A DNA stretch of 64,000 nucleotides from Spirogloea muscicola (GCA_009602725.1 WELB01000019.1:275705-339704); one strand, 5' to 3'; positions 11,028 through 28,841 are shown, numbered from the stretch's first letter. Notes: a model not told the origin generated them from the sequence alone. Numbers and translations: made by a program.

Positions 11028-12036
11028 GCCGCCAGGCCGGGAGATGCCGCGGCGCCGCCCCGCGGCCGAGCCCGCCGGCAGGCAAGGGCAACCGCAAGCG
11101 CAGCCGTTCGCCGCCGCGGGCCCTGGCCAAGGGGCGCAGCTGCGGCCGCTGCCGCCACTTCAAGAAGTCGTGTACCTCCGTGCATCCGCACACTGGCGCT
11201 GAAACGGCTGGCTGCTGGCTGGCCAGCCTCTTCCCTGTGGAGCCCAACAACGACGGCGAGGCCGTCTTTGTGGACATCCACCAGTCCTTCGGAGGGAAAC
11301 AGCTGACGAAGATGCTTGTGTTATGCGACTCCCACAATGACAGCATCGAAATGGTGGACAGGTCTGAGACCGGCCGCCGCTGCAGCACGCTGCATATGCT
11401 GCGTGCCAATTGTCGGCCTCTGCTGCCGCTGACTGTAGGCGAGAACTCTGCCTCTGACGTGTCACACACATCGCAACCTGCAGTCTTCTCGATGAGGCGA
11501 GGATCCTGACGGCGGAGCCCTTCTCCGGCATCACGACCGCCGTGGAGGCCGCCAAGCGTCACCTCGCCGGGCTCACGGCCGAGAACTTGTGTCTGCTGCA
11601 GCGCCTCGTGGACGCGGTCGGACCCGAGGCCGCCGCTGCCGCTGCTGTTGCGATGCCAGCAGCGGCGTCTCTCCAGTCCGGGCAGGAGGCGGTTCTCGAG
11701 CCGTCATACTACGGCGAGGAGGCTATTATGCCAGACCTGATTGAGGCGGCCCTCCCAGCGGGGCATGGCGCCCTGCCCAGTCCAGTCAACGCTGACAGCG
11801 TTGACGTGGCGGAGTGGAAAGAGGCGGCCCTCACAGGCGGCCAGGAGGCATGCCCTTCGCTCTTGTATGGCGAGGACGGCTTTGACCTCGCCGTCTTCGA
11901 CTTCCTCCAACCGTCATATTGTGGCGGGTGGGGGTCACCCGACAGTCCGCTGGGCGCGGACTTCGATTACATCGACAACCGTGAACTTGATGACATGGAG
12001 GCGCTCATTCTTGATAATGCCGCTTTGTGTAGTTAG
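11028..12036 (+). CDS. Unrecognised multi-copy spliced gene: basic stretch + C-x2-C-x6-C + acidic C-terminus
   Basis: Exon about 11028-11361 (GKGNRKRSRSPPRALAKGRSCGRCRHFKKSC...EMVD). A GT-AG intron 11362-11483 restores frame to LLDEARILTAEPF...DMEALILDNAALCS*. Start exon not resolved (N at 11025). Confidence 0.5.
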
Positions 12037-13185
12037 TGACGAGCAGTTCGCTTTAGGTAGGAGGAGGGCTGACGTGTCCTCCTCAGACATGATTTGCTGT
12101 CAGGTTAGGTCGACATTGGGTTAATTTGTCCTCTGTCAATTCTTTTCGAGCTGGCTTTTCACAGCCCTTGCCGCCGTTGGGAGAGCCACTTTTCCTTATG
12201 ACCTACTCTCGCCTCTCTCTCGAGCCTTCTGCTAATCGGACTTTGTCAATGAGCAAGCTCATACCTGCCTCCAGCAACTCAACTGATCAAGCTTCCAGCA
12301 ACAAGAACCGGTTGTTACTTTGTGGTACACTTGCGAACAACAGCAAGCAGATAAGCAAGCCATTTGGCAGATCATCATTCCTCCATAGTCTGCTTGCTGT
12401 GATGTAGTAGGCTTGGGCATGAATAGGAAGGATCGATCGACATTTACAAGGTGCAGTTTTGCAGATGCGCTGGAAGCTAGTTCGAATGACACATGTTAAG
12501 ATAAGACATGAGAGTGGTGTGAGGAGCTAGTCAACTCGAAGCTCTTTGCACTATGGTTGCTCTATGAAGGCGCCTCTTCTGAAGGCGGATGCGCAGGGAA
12601 AGCTGGAGCTGGAAAGCCTTGAGTATCCAAATACATGATCAGTGAACTCGATTTTAAAAAGCCACTCAGCCTAAAGCGAGATTCTCTGCATCATAAGAGC
12701 ATTTCAAAGGAGAAGAGGCGCTGCATCAGCAGTTGCTGCAAATGCTGTGTAGAAAGCGCCATTGCCCATCTCAGCACCACCTCAATCACAGGGCAACTTC
12801 TAGAAGGCCTTGCAGATACGTTTACCTCCTGGTGAAGCCCCGCTTGGGGCCACCACTGTAGCTGCTCTTGGGGCACCTCATGCTTCCACCGCAGCCACCG
12901 CCGCCGCAGTAGCAGCCGCCGCTACCCCGCCAGGCATTGCCGTCACTGCAGCACTATCATTGCAACAATACTCGTCGCCTTTGAACACCGCCCAGCCCTA
13001 GGCCCCGTCCGTCCACTGCCGTCGTCGCCGCCGCCGCTGTGGTCGCTGTCTCGGGCATGGCATTGCTGTCAGGATAATTGGCCAGGTCAATGACGGTGAA
13101 GGCGACATCCTTCAGCTGAACCGCTGCTAGCAAGGACAAGCACAAGCGGAGCCTTTCACCTCCGAGGGCCAACAAGGGCAACACC

Positions 13186-13860
13186 TGAAGCAGATGAGCT
13201 CATCGATGGTGTTATTCAGAAGAACGGTCACGGGAGGGAAGCTCGGGCAGGCAGAGTTTGCCAAGCTGCTCCAAGACCTGCTGACTCACATTGCCAAGTC
13301 CCTGGCAGAGAGCCCTATTGTGTTGGCGCATGATGTCAAGGTCCTGAACAAGCTCGCCTGAGGAAGGTGAGCCATGACATAGTCGGGCGCTTACCTCTGT
13401 GCCTGTGTTACCCATCATCAGCAGCTCACACATTCCAAGAATCTCTCGACAGATGTTTCTCAACAGTCCTCTGCATTGTGAACAGTCATCAAGCCCTGCT
13501 ACTCATGTGCTGCTTGCGCCCTTGCATCTACATCTGGGTCCTATTGTCATGTTGAAAGGTGCTGAACAACGAGGAGTTGCTCTTGGAGTCTACTACGAAA
13601 ATGTTCGAGGAGTGGGACCTTGACAAGGATGAGAAGCTGAGCAAGGGTGAGATGTCACGGCTTTCAAGATCCTGGGGCTCAGCTTCTGTCTCCCTCCTGA
13701 GACATCGCAGGCGGAGCAGGAGGTCATCTTTGGCAAAGTCTTTGATGCTGCTGACTATGACCACAATGGCATAGTTGACAGAAACGAGTTTGCCATCCTG
13801 GCCAAGTCCCGTCTCAAGAGCTTGGCAGATGAGCTGGAGAAGAATCCACATCATAAACGA
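13186..13860 (+). pseudogene. EF-hand calcium-binding protein fragment (plant SCS-like family), frameshifted
   Basis: KLGQAEFAKLLQDLLTHIAKSLAESPIVLAHDVKVLN; GT-AG intron 13367-13558; EF loops DLDKDEKLSKGE and DYDHNGIVDRNE; ends LADELEKNP. Confidence 0.75.
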
Positions 13861-14004
13861 CGGGCGAGCACTTCAGCCCTTCGTTGCTGTCTGCTTGCAT
13901 GCCCGGCACATATGGCGGCGGTCTATTACTTAGCCTTTTCTGCAGTCGGAGCGTGGCTATGCGCCGGTGGGGTCTGAGGGGGAGGCAGGTGACCCGGCTC
14001 CTCC

Positions 14005-14200
14005 CCCGGCGGCGTGGTTATCAGCGCTCCCCATCTACGCTGCGCTCACCATGCCTGACGAGACCTTCAGGACGGCGGTCCACCGGCTCCTGGCCTCCTC
14101 CCTCATTCGTTTTTTGGGCTGGCTGTTCCAGCCCCTATCCTCAATGGGCGAGCTCTTTCTTCCCTCCCTGCCTCGTTGGTGTCATGCAGTGCGAGTCGGA
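14005..14200 (+). mobile_element. RLE-LINE internal fragment interrupted by a 3'-tail insertion (about 14105-14160)
   Basis: AWLSALPIYAALTMPDETFRTAVHRLL then LPCLVGVMQCE, typical of the post-RT, pre-zinc-knuckle region of CRE-like elements. Confidence 0.65.
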
Positions 14201-14219
14201 GCCTGCCACAAAGAAAGTA

Positions 14220-14780
14220 GAAGAAGGGCTCGCCCATTGAGGATAGGGGCTGGAAAAGCCAGCCCAAAAAGGAATGAACAAAGTACGAGAAGGGGGCCAG
14301 AGGAAGCGCTAAGAAAACAAAGCACACAAAGAGAGAAAGCAGCTACAAATCACTCAGTAACCCCTGCTAAGCAGCCGCAGATCAGAGAGGCTAGGGTCCT
14401 GAAAGTGGGTCCCCTGGCCAGAGCCAGAGGCAGCAGCTAGAGCTCTGCCGGCACGAAGGTGCAGCGCACGGGCCATCGACCGCTGCAACGAGACGGCCAG
14501 GCGCATGCGATACAATTGCGCCAGCGACCCGGCTGCAGGGAAGTCTACAGGCTCGCCCTGGAAGCGACGGGCAATGGTGTGGCGGGCGAGCTGGGTGAGC
14601 AGCTCGAGCCACCGAGCGCCCAGCGCCCCATGGGTGTCTATGGCCAACGGGAAGAACTAGTCGGCCGGAGGATGGTCTGCGTACTTGAGCTCCTTAGCGC
14701 GCGCGGCGGCGGCGACCGCATACCCAGCCTTGGTGGCACACTGGGCTGGGTGGGAGCGGTCGAAGGCGTCGGTGAAAGTA
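14220..14780 (-). mobile_element. 5'-truncated RLE-LINE subfamily A (premature stop)
   Basis: TDAFD...AAARAKELKYADHPPAD*FFPLAIDTHGALGARWLELL...SDLRLLSRGY*, followed by the 3' UTR and tail. Confidence 0.85.
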
Positions 14781-15380
14781 GAAGAAAGTGCTCGCCCATG
14801 GAGCAGCGTCGCCCTCTACTTGGGAGAGCCACTTCTTTTACTGGAAGAGTTCTTCTCAAGTGCGAAAGAGCTGCTCCGTCTTTCGAAGGGCGGGGAAGAA
14901 GAAAGTGCGCGCCCATAGAGAAAGGGGGCCAGCAAAGAAGAAGGCTCGCCCATAGAGAAAGAAGAAGAAAGAGCTCGCCCATTGAGGATAGGGGCTGGAA
15001 CAGCCAGCCCAAAAAAGAATGGACAAAGTACGAGAAGGGGCTTCTTCTCTAGCTGCCTAGCTGTGTCTTTTTTGCCAGGGGAAGCGCTAAGAAAAACAAG
15101 CACAAGAAGAAACAAAGCAGCTACGAATGACTCAGTAATTCCTGCTGAGCAGCCGCAGATCAGAGATGCTAGGGTCCTGGAAGTGGGTCCCCTGGTAGAG
15201 GAGTCCTTCCTCGGCTTCTCATTCTTCGGCTTTGGACATTGTCCATTCTTTTTGGGCTGGCTTTGCCAGCCCCTCTTTCTTTATGGGCGAGCCTTCTTCT
15301 TCCTGGACAGAGCCAGAGGCAGCAGCTAGGGCTCTTCCGGCACGAAGGTGCAGCGCACGGGCCATGGACCTCTCCTGGAG

Positions 15381-15968
15381 AAAGAAGAAGGGCTCGCCCA
15401 TTGAGAATATGGGCTGGAACAGCCAGCCCAAAAAAGAATGAACAGAGTACAAGAAGAGGGGGGGGGAAGCCAGGCGAAGCCCTAAGGCGAAGCAGCAGAA
15501 ATGACAAGCACACAAGAAAAAACAAAGCAGCTACTAACCACTCAGTAACCCCTGCTAAGCAGGCGCAGGTCGGAGAGGCTATGCTCCTGGAAGTATGTCC
15601 CCTGGCCAGAGCCAGAGGCAGCAGCAAGGGCTCGGCCAGCACGCAGGTGCAGCGCACGGGCCATGGACCTCTGCAGCGAGACGGCCAGGCGCATGCGATA
15701 CACCTGGGCCAACGACCCGGCGGCGGGGAAGTCCACCGGCTCCCCATGGAAGCGGCGGGCAACGGCGTGACGAGCAAGTTGGTGGAGCAGTTCGAGCCAC
15801 CGAGCACCCAACGCCCCATGGGTGTCGATAGCCAGAGGGAAGAACGCGTCGGCTGGCGGATGGTCGGCGTACTTGGTCACCTTTGCGCGAGCGGCGCCTT
15901 CGACCGCATAACCAGCCTGGGTGGCACACTGGACTGGGTGGGACTGGGCGGTCGAAGGCGTCGGTGGT
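15381..15968 (-). mobile_element. 5'-truncated RLE-LINE subfamily A
   Basis: AARAKVTKYADHPPADAFFPLAIDTHGALGARWLELL...LAVSLQRSMARAL: K..KY and P-x-x-(D/E)-x-x-G endonuclease-region motifs, with a TTC tail. Confidence 0.85.
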
Positions 15969-16255
15969 CCTGGAGAAAGGGGGCCAGCAAAGCCAGCCCA
16001 GAAAGAATGGACAATGTCTAAAGCCAAAAAACAAAAAAAAAACAAACAAAAAACAAAAAACAAAAAACAAAAAACACACAGCTAGGCAACTAGAAGAAGG
16101 GCGTGGCGGCAAGTCTTTTCTTAATATTTTGGTGGTCGGGCAGCTGAAGTACAGTACACGGAAAAGGTGTTGTGTTTTGATGGTCGGGCAGCTCCCGCCC
16201 TCGGGGACGTCACCGAGGGGAAGGGCATGTCAGTTGCCGGGATCCCGAACGCCCT

Positions 16256-16519
16256 CACGCTCTGCATCTGCGAGCTGGCCGTGCTCTCGCTGCGGGCTCT
16301 GGCTTTCGTCAGGGTGATAGCTTCCCGGCAGCTAGTCTGTCGGATCTGAGGCTCCTCACTCGTACTTATTGAGTGATCCATCCTCCCCCTGTTTTACCAT
16401 TGCATCCTCAGGCCCCTTTGTAGCTGCTCACCGCTCTTAGGCCCCTCTGAACCTTTGTGAATTCTTTTTGGGCTGGCTTTTCGCAGCCCTTGCCCCCATT
16501 GGGAGTGCCACTTCTTCTT
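16256..16519 (+). mobile_element. 5'-truncated RLE-LINE subfamily B
   Basis: ALHLRAGRALAAGSGFRQGDSFPAASLSDLRLLTRTY*, with a distinct 3' UTR ending GGGAGTGCCACTTCTTCT. Confidence 0.8.
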
Positions 16520-16552
16520 AAGAACGCCGCCACGCCTCCGTCCCACCTTGTC

Positions 16553-16841
16553 AGTGTCCCTCCAGCGGTCCATGGCCCACGCTCTGCATGTGCGTGCTGG
16601 CCGTGCTCTTGCTGCGGCCTCTGGCTTTCGTCAGGGTGATAGCTTCCCGGCAGCTAGTCTGTCGGATCTGAGGCTCCTCACTCGTAATTACTGAGTGATC
16701 CATCCTCCCCCTGTTTTCCCCATCGCATCCTCAGGCCCCTTTGTAGCTGCTCAACGCTCATAGGCCCCTTCGAATCTTTGTCAATTCTTTTGGGCTGGCT
16801 TTTCGCAGCCCTTGCCCCCATTGGGAGTCCCACTTCTTCTT
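16553..16841 (+). mobile_element. 5'-truncated RLE-LINE subfamily B
   Basis: VSLQRSMAHALHVRAGRALAAASGFRQGDSFPAASLSDLRLLTRNY*. TSD CTTGTC at 16547-16552 and 16842-16847. Empty site in the paralog near 9330-9345. Confidence 0.85.
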
Positions 16842-17278
16842 CTTGTCCATTTGAGGCCGTCTCGTCTGAGCTCCGCTTTACGTAGACCCGAGTGCTGCCT
16901 GAATGCCTGATCTGGCCTCCCCTTTTCATCATTCATTTGTGTATCCATCACTGAATACAGAATCCATATTTGTGGTATCAACAGCCGCTGCTGCAGGCGG
17001 GCGGGCGGCCACCCTCCTCCCCCACTCCCTCGTTGCCCACAGCATTGGCTCGGCTGGCCTCCTCCCTGCCCACTCACGCGCACCAGCGCGCGCCTTCCCC
17101 AAGAGCCCTCGCCCCATTCAGACGAGCTCACTTCTTCCCGCCCGCCCCCCCCACAAGTAGCCCCGCACTCCCCGCGCGCCTCTCTCACCCGCGCCGCCGA
17201 GGCCTTGGACGATGCCGCCGTCGATCTGAGCGCCTCCATCACCGCCTCGTCGCCGGTGACACCGTCTGGCGCCGCGCC

Positions 17279-17745
17279 CAGCAGCAAGGGGACATAAGAA
17301 AGCGGAGGGAAGCCTCCTGTCCGCCTGTGAGGGCCGCCTCTGTCGACACCGCCATTCACATCAGTCATTCACGTCACGCCATTCAGAGGCAGCAGTTTCC
17401 GCCTACAGTCAGCGGCAGCAGAGGCCGACAATCGGAACGCAGCATATGCAGCGTGCTGCAGCGGCGGCCAGTCTCAGACCTTTCGACCATTCGGAATTTG
17501 TCATTGCTGACCAAGATGCTTGCGCTCGGCGACTTCCACAATGACAAACTCCGAATGGTCGAAAGGTCCGAGACCGGCTGCCGCTGCAGCACGCTGCATA
17601 TGCTGCGTTCCGATTGTTGGCCTCTGCTGCCGCTGATTGTAGGCGACAATTCCTGCCTCTGACGTGAATAGCGGTGTCGACAGATGCGACCCTCACAGGC
17701 GGATAGAAGGCTTTCCCTCCGCTTTCTTATGTCCCCTTGCTGCTG
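17279..17745. repeat. Fold-back palindrome (arms about 210-230 bp, spacer about 30 nt) of unknown-gene sequence
   Basis: cagcagcaaggggacataagaaagcggaggg...tttgtcattg versus caatgacaaa...ccctccgctttcttatgtccccttgctgctg. Confidence 0.9.
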
Positions 17746-18111
17746 TCTTAGCACTTAGCACTCCGGCTTGTTCAGGCCTTGTCCATTCCTTTGGGCTGGC
17801 CTCTCACAGCCACCAGTCACTCTGGCCGCGCTTACTCTTATGGCGAGGACGGCCTCGCTGTGCTCGACTATCTCCAACCGGCCCATTGTGGCGAGTGGGG
17901 GTGACACACAGGAGGCTGAGGTTCGATGCTGCCACTCTCTTTTGCACTCTCCAGCTACTCGCGAGCATTGAGCGAGCCAGAGGTTTCATGGCCAACAGCT
18001 TTGGAACCTCAAAGGCTCTACTTGCACCTGCCTGCTAAGTCTTTGCATGATAGCTGGTTCAGGGGTTAGCTTCCTAACTGGCCTGTTCTTTGTTTGCATC
18101 CTTGCTCCAGT

Positions 18112-18316
18112 TGGGGATAGTTTCCCGGCAACTAGTCTGTCGGATCTGAGGCTACTCATTCGTACCTACTGAGTGATCCATCCTCCCCCTGTTCTGACAT
18201 AGCATCTTCCGGCCCCTTTGTAGCTGCAAATCGCTTGTAGGCCCCTCCAAACCTTTGTCAATTCTTTTGGGCTGGCTTTTCGCAGCCCTTGCCCCCATTG
18301 GGAGTGCCACTTCTCT
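18112..18316 (+). mobile_element. 5'-truncated RLE-LINE subfamily B
   Basis: TSD CTTGCTCCAGT at 18101-18111 and 18317-18327. Absent at the paralogous site near 4648-4660. Confidence 0.85.
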
Positions 18317-18566
18317 CTTGCTCCAGTGAGATAGCAGTTGTTCAACGCGTAGCAGGCTCCAACATTTACCGGGAGTGTGTCCAAAGGTTGTATTTAGCAA
18401 TGTCATTGCAGTATCATACAGAAATACAGCTTGACCACAATTTGTCCTAGCTTGACAAAAATGTACAGGCAAAATGGGAGATGCCGTATTTGAGAAATCC
18501 AGAGAACCATATAATACACTTATGGTCTCAAGGACGAAGAAATTGATAACAGTAGACATTCAACAG

Positions 18567-24190
<5,624 letters not shown>

Positions 24191-24986
24191 AAGAACAAGC
24201 AGTGCCTGTAGCCTCCACAGAGCCACTACTTGTGAGGGTCAGGCACACACCCTGTACACCCTTGACGATTTCCACTGGCTCTTGAGAAACGGCAATGATC
24301 TGACACCAGAGACCAGGTCCAGTAGGTAACATGAAGTTACTCATTGGACCTGAGCGTAGACTCCGCACACTTTTTTGTGGACAAGATAGTCTGAGAGGCT
24401 CGTTTGAGGTTGGACATGGCCGTGGTGCAGCACTCCCCAAAAATTTGGCAGAAGTCTGTTCCCAGGCTTCTCCTGATTGTTTTGTTCCCAGGGCCCTGGT
24501 TCTGCAGCAGTGCATCATCGTACTGCTGCACCAGGTGAACCTTTCATGACCTTCTCAGATATAGAAGGTAGCAGTGCAGAGAGCGGTCATAGGTCATAGG
24601 TTTTGCTCTGAGCTCATCCTGGAGTCCTATGCAGCACGGAAGTGCTAACAATTTTGAAGTGTACTGGAGTGGAAGCCAGTGACGCCAATGCAACTGCAAG
24701 CAAGCAGCAAATTTTGTGCGACAGCGAGGGCCTGAGTCATTGTGGATGACATCCCTGATTGTGCTATCGGCACCTGCGTCAGGCTAGCCCAGTCTACAAA
24801 GGGCAGCACTGGCAGGAGTAGCTCTTGTGTGCAACATAAATCAGTACTTATTGGCCCAAATGCACTTGGACTCTTGGAGCACTGAGGAAAGGTATGCCAA
24901 CTCACAGCCGTGACCGTTTTGTTGACTGTAACGGAGGCCAGAGAATAGGAGTAGATGTACTGCACAGTGGTGCAGGCTAGTATTCA

Positions 24987-27900
24987 TCAAGTTGTCCTAG
25001 CTGGAGACCTCACCTTGGGGCCGCCAGCTGCAGCAGTCATGTGATCCTGGCCACGACAACATATGGAGGAGATGAGAAATCGAGAAAGCGTAAAGACAAA
25101 GAGAGCAATTTACCCAAGTATTGGGTGAAGCATTCGTGCTGCACTTAGCAGACGCAGTGGCAGACGCAGGCCACAGATCACAGCAACATATTGTTGCAGC
25201 AGGCAAGGTAGGCCATGAGGAAGGAGCTGATGAGGGGTCTGATAAGCGGCTGATAAATTACATCACTATGCAAAGCAGGGTCTCGCTTATAAGCTGGTGC
25301 TGTGCCTGTATGAAAGGTGGACATAGGGAATGGCCAAAGACAGTACCATGACAAAGTCAAAAGCGTGCGTGTCGTCCTTCCGCCTCTCCAGCGAGGGCGA
25401 GCGCCGGAGTGTAGGGTCTCCTGAAAAGTCAAAATCCCCAGGCCCTAGTTGGGAGCTGACCGCCATCTGCTGCAGGCTGCTGACATCCACCCCCTGCCCC
25501 TGGCGAAGCGGCAACGGAAGCTGCTGGAGCTGCTGCTGCTGCTGCTGGAGCTGCACAAACTGCAACCCGTTGCCCATGCCGAAGCCCGCCGCACCCGGCG
25601 GCAAAACCCCGTGAGGGAAGGCGCCCGGCCTACTCATGGGGTGCAGCCCCATGCCCAGCGCCTGCATGTACAGCATCTGCTGCTGCAGGAGCTGCTGCTG
25701 CTGCTGCAGGAGCTGCCGCTGCAGCGCGTCGTCGCTGCCCAGACCGGGCATGACGAGCCCAGACGCGGCCTGCGGCGATGCTGCTCCGCCAAACGGAGCC
25801 CGCAGAGGCACTTGCTGGCTGTTGCCCTGCAGGACACCCTGTGCGCTCGGCAGCAGTGCAGGATTGGGCCCATTGGCTGTGGCGGAGGCTGAGGAGGTGG
25901 AGATGTTAGCCATCAGGCTGGCGAGAGAGTCCGCTGCCTGGGCCGACGTGCTTGCCTCCGGCACTCCGAGCTCGAGGCCATCAAAGAGGTCGCCGGAAGT
26001 GGCGGCAAGAGCGTTGCTGCCCTTGTGGTCATTCCCCATGTCGAGCCTTGAGAAGATATCACCAGTGCCACTGTCCCCTGATGGGGAGGGCTGTGAGGAC
26101 ACGCCTGCCAAAAGGTCCTCCGCAGCAAGAGAAGACACAGGGCCAGCAGCGGACGAAGGGCCCGCAGTCGGCTGATGGTTGGTCCAGAGAGCCTCTCCTA
26201 GAAGGTCGGTTTCCACCTCGTGTCCTGGAGCACCTCCAGTGCCCGTCGGCAGAGGCGAGTCCTTGTCGTCCAGGCCATCAAGCAAGTCGCCATCGCTGGT
26301 GTCGAAGAGGTCAGGCACGTCGACAACAGCAGGCCTCTGGCTGCCACTGACCGGTGCCGGCTCCTCCAACTCGCCTTCCTCCGGCCCAAAGCCCAGTAGC
26401 TCAAGAACCTGCACAGACGATGTTGAAAAAAATGCACGTGCTCATTCGTCTTAACCAATCGTGCAACATCTCTACATAGGTCATACATGAGCACTCACTT
26501 GTAGCCAAATGTTTCCACCCAAGTGAGGACATGCACATGCGTTCATGTTGACTTCAGGCCATATTTGCATCTCCAACTATGCTCTGACAGCTACACAAGC
26601 CCTGTTAGAATGTGAGGCTAGCTAAGCTACTAGTCAAAATGGTGCAGGGCTGAAACAAGACAGCGAACCCGCTTAGCCCGTTCCCTGACTGATGCCTGCG
26701 GAGATTCGAGGCAGTCGATGATGGAGCCAGCGTCCTCTTCGAAATGCTCAAACACTGCCTCCGATAACCTACTTCCGTCTTGCCTCATAGCGGTCTCTAG
26801 AGCACACAATGCTTTTAATCTCACCTGCCATGAAACAAGTGGCAAAGACTGGCCATCAACATGACAGCACTTTGATTGATCCAAATTGCAGCACATACAT
26901 TCGATGACATCTCTCATAGGAAATTTGAGCTCACCTGCCAGATGTGTGACTTGAGCTTGCCCTCCAGTGCCCTAGTCAGAAGGTGCCCATCCATGCTACT
27001 TGCACTGGCAAGGAATGAGTTCAGCGCCTCACGGCTTGGCTGTACCCTTACGCCCCCCGGAGCAGTGATGCTGTCGACCAGCCTGTCTACCGCTGCGTGG
27101 TGGGTACTCTTCTCAGAGGCGCTACTGCTGTTGCCAGCAGAGGCCAGCTTGCCCTCAACGGCGCCTCTTCGCTGCGGGAACAGCTGGGCGCCTCTATCGG
27201 CATCTTGATAGGGTAAGGAGTCCACCTGGTCGTCTGAAGCAGGCCTGAATGAGCTCCTGCCTCCATACTTCTGTGCCTCTTGAGAGGTCCTCGTCGAGTG
27301 AGCGACTTCCACAAACTCATCAAAGCCCTGCTTGTCCTCATAGCTGATGTGCTCGGAGGTAAGCGACCGAGTGAGGCTCGGTCCTCTGTACGTGCCGGCA
27401 CTTTGCTCTTGGGCCGCATTCACATTGCCACCCAGTCTGCTCAAGCCCTGCTTCAGCTGTGCACTGCCATACTCTATGAAGTCACTGAGAGTGGCCGCCG
27501 AAGCACCAGTTGCAGCATGAGATCTATCATCATGGGTCCGGTTGTCAGAGCTTCCAAAGCCCTGACACAGACCAACAGATAGAGCAATTGATAACATTGA
27601 GAGCAGAGCCACACTCTTTCCTCAAGAATATGTTGACAAGACTTCATGCAAGATCCTACAAATGAAGTATGATAGTATTTGTAAGCATTTGTGATGATTA
27701 AGCTCGTGTGTAGTGCATTGCTTGCGTGCGTTGCTTTCTGCAAACGCCTGCTTCTGGTGAAGGTTGGTCAACCCGTCACCTCCATCCGGCGCCGTCCAGT
27801 GCTCTCAGACGCAGAGCTGCGGTTGTCATCTTGGGAGAAAATGGCCGATATTGCCTCATGAGCAAGGTCCCTCACAGCCTTGTTCGGTGCGTCCCCTTTG

Positions 27901-28641
27901 AGGGGGTCGGGCTGGCCCTTGTAGTTGAACAGGCTCCTGATTGCTCCTGCGTGCCGCTGCACCTCCCGCCGGAAGTCTTTCCCAGCCTTGACAACGCAGT
28001 ACTTGAAGAGCCGCAGGACCTGCATCAGACAAGAACACCACGACTAGAACTTAAAGGGAAAGCCTCATGAGTTGATGGCAGTGCTAGCAGAAGCAGGTAA
28101 CCTGGACCAAAAGCTGACGCCTCAGACTCTGCCTCAGACTAGGTGTCCTATAACCCTATCGTGTATGCAACCTCAAGCTGGTCAATCTGCCACCAATCTG
28201 GTCTGACCTATCACTGCCCTCAACAACAGAAGCCGCATGTCGGCCAAGGCTTAATGTGCAGCAGACACCCCCAGTAGACGTAATCTCACAACAAAGGAGC
28301 AGTTCATGCTGGGGACAGTGACTTTCATGCATCATCAGATGGGACTCTTTGACAGAGTCCACGCTGTGCTTCAGTCGGCACATAGGGCTGAAGGGGCTGA
28401 CGGAACTTGCAGGGCATGGAATCAAGGCGCGGGAACGGGGCGTCACCTTGTGCTTGACGTACGGCGACTTGAACTCAAGGCGCTTGACGAGGTAATCAAC
28501 CATGACCTTGACCATGTCGGAGCCCGCTGCCTGCATCATGTCCGCGATCTCGTCCAGGCGGTACACGGGCGTCACCTTGTCGTCGTCGGAGGTGGCCAGA
28601 TCCAGCAGCCGCGCGCGCTTGTAGGATTCCACCACCTTCAT
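24987..28641 (-). CDS. MTV1: ENTH/VHS-domain protein, MTV1/tepsin-like
   Basis: VESYKRARLLDLATSDDDKVTPVYRLDEI...KSPYVKHK|VLRL..YKGQPDPLKGDAPNKAVR; second VHS-like region WQ|VRLKALCALE; C-terminal AFDFV. Last exon (24987-25046) is inferred. Confidence 0.88.
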
Positions 28642-28808
28642 CCTGCCGGAGCTCACTGCGGCCGCCTGCCAGGCTTGGCCTCCAACGGGACCTGGGAGCT
28701 GGCTAACTGCGGCCGCCGCCTGAGAGATGTGAGCGGGCTTCGCTTCGCGGGCCGCCAAGATGTCTCCAGTGAGCGTCAGGAGGACTGCCTGCTCGCCGCG
28801 GCGGCGTT

Positions 28809-28841
<33 letters not shown>

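Noticed and set aside
12500..12850. Coding-looking segment upstream of the EF-hand fragment
   Set aside because: Multiple stops and no motif I can assign with confidence.
14100..16850. Recurring motif of about 55 bp as a CRISPR-like array
   Set aside because: Both orientations, irregular spacing, TSDs and attachment to LINE ORF ends show these are retroposon 3' termini.
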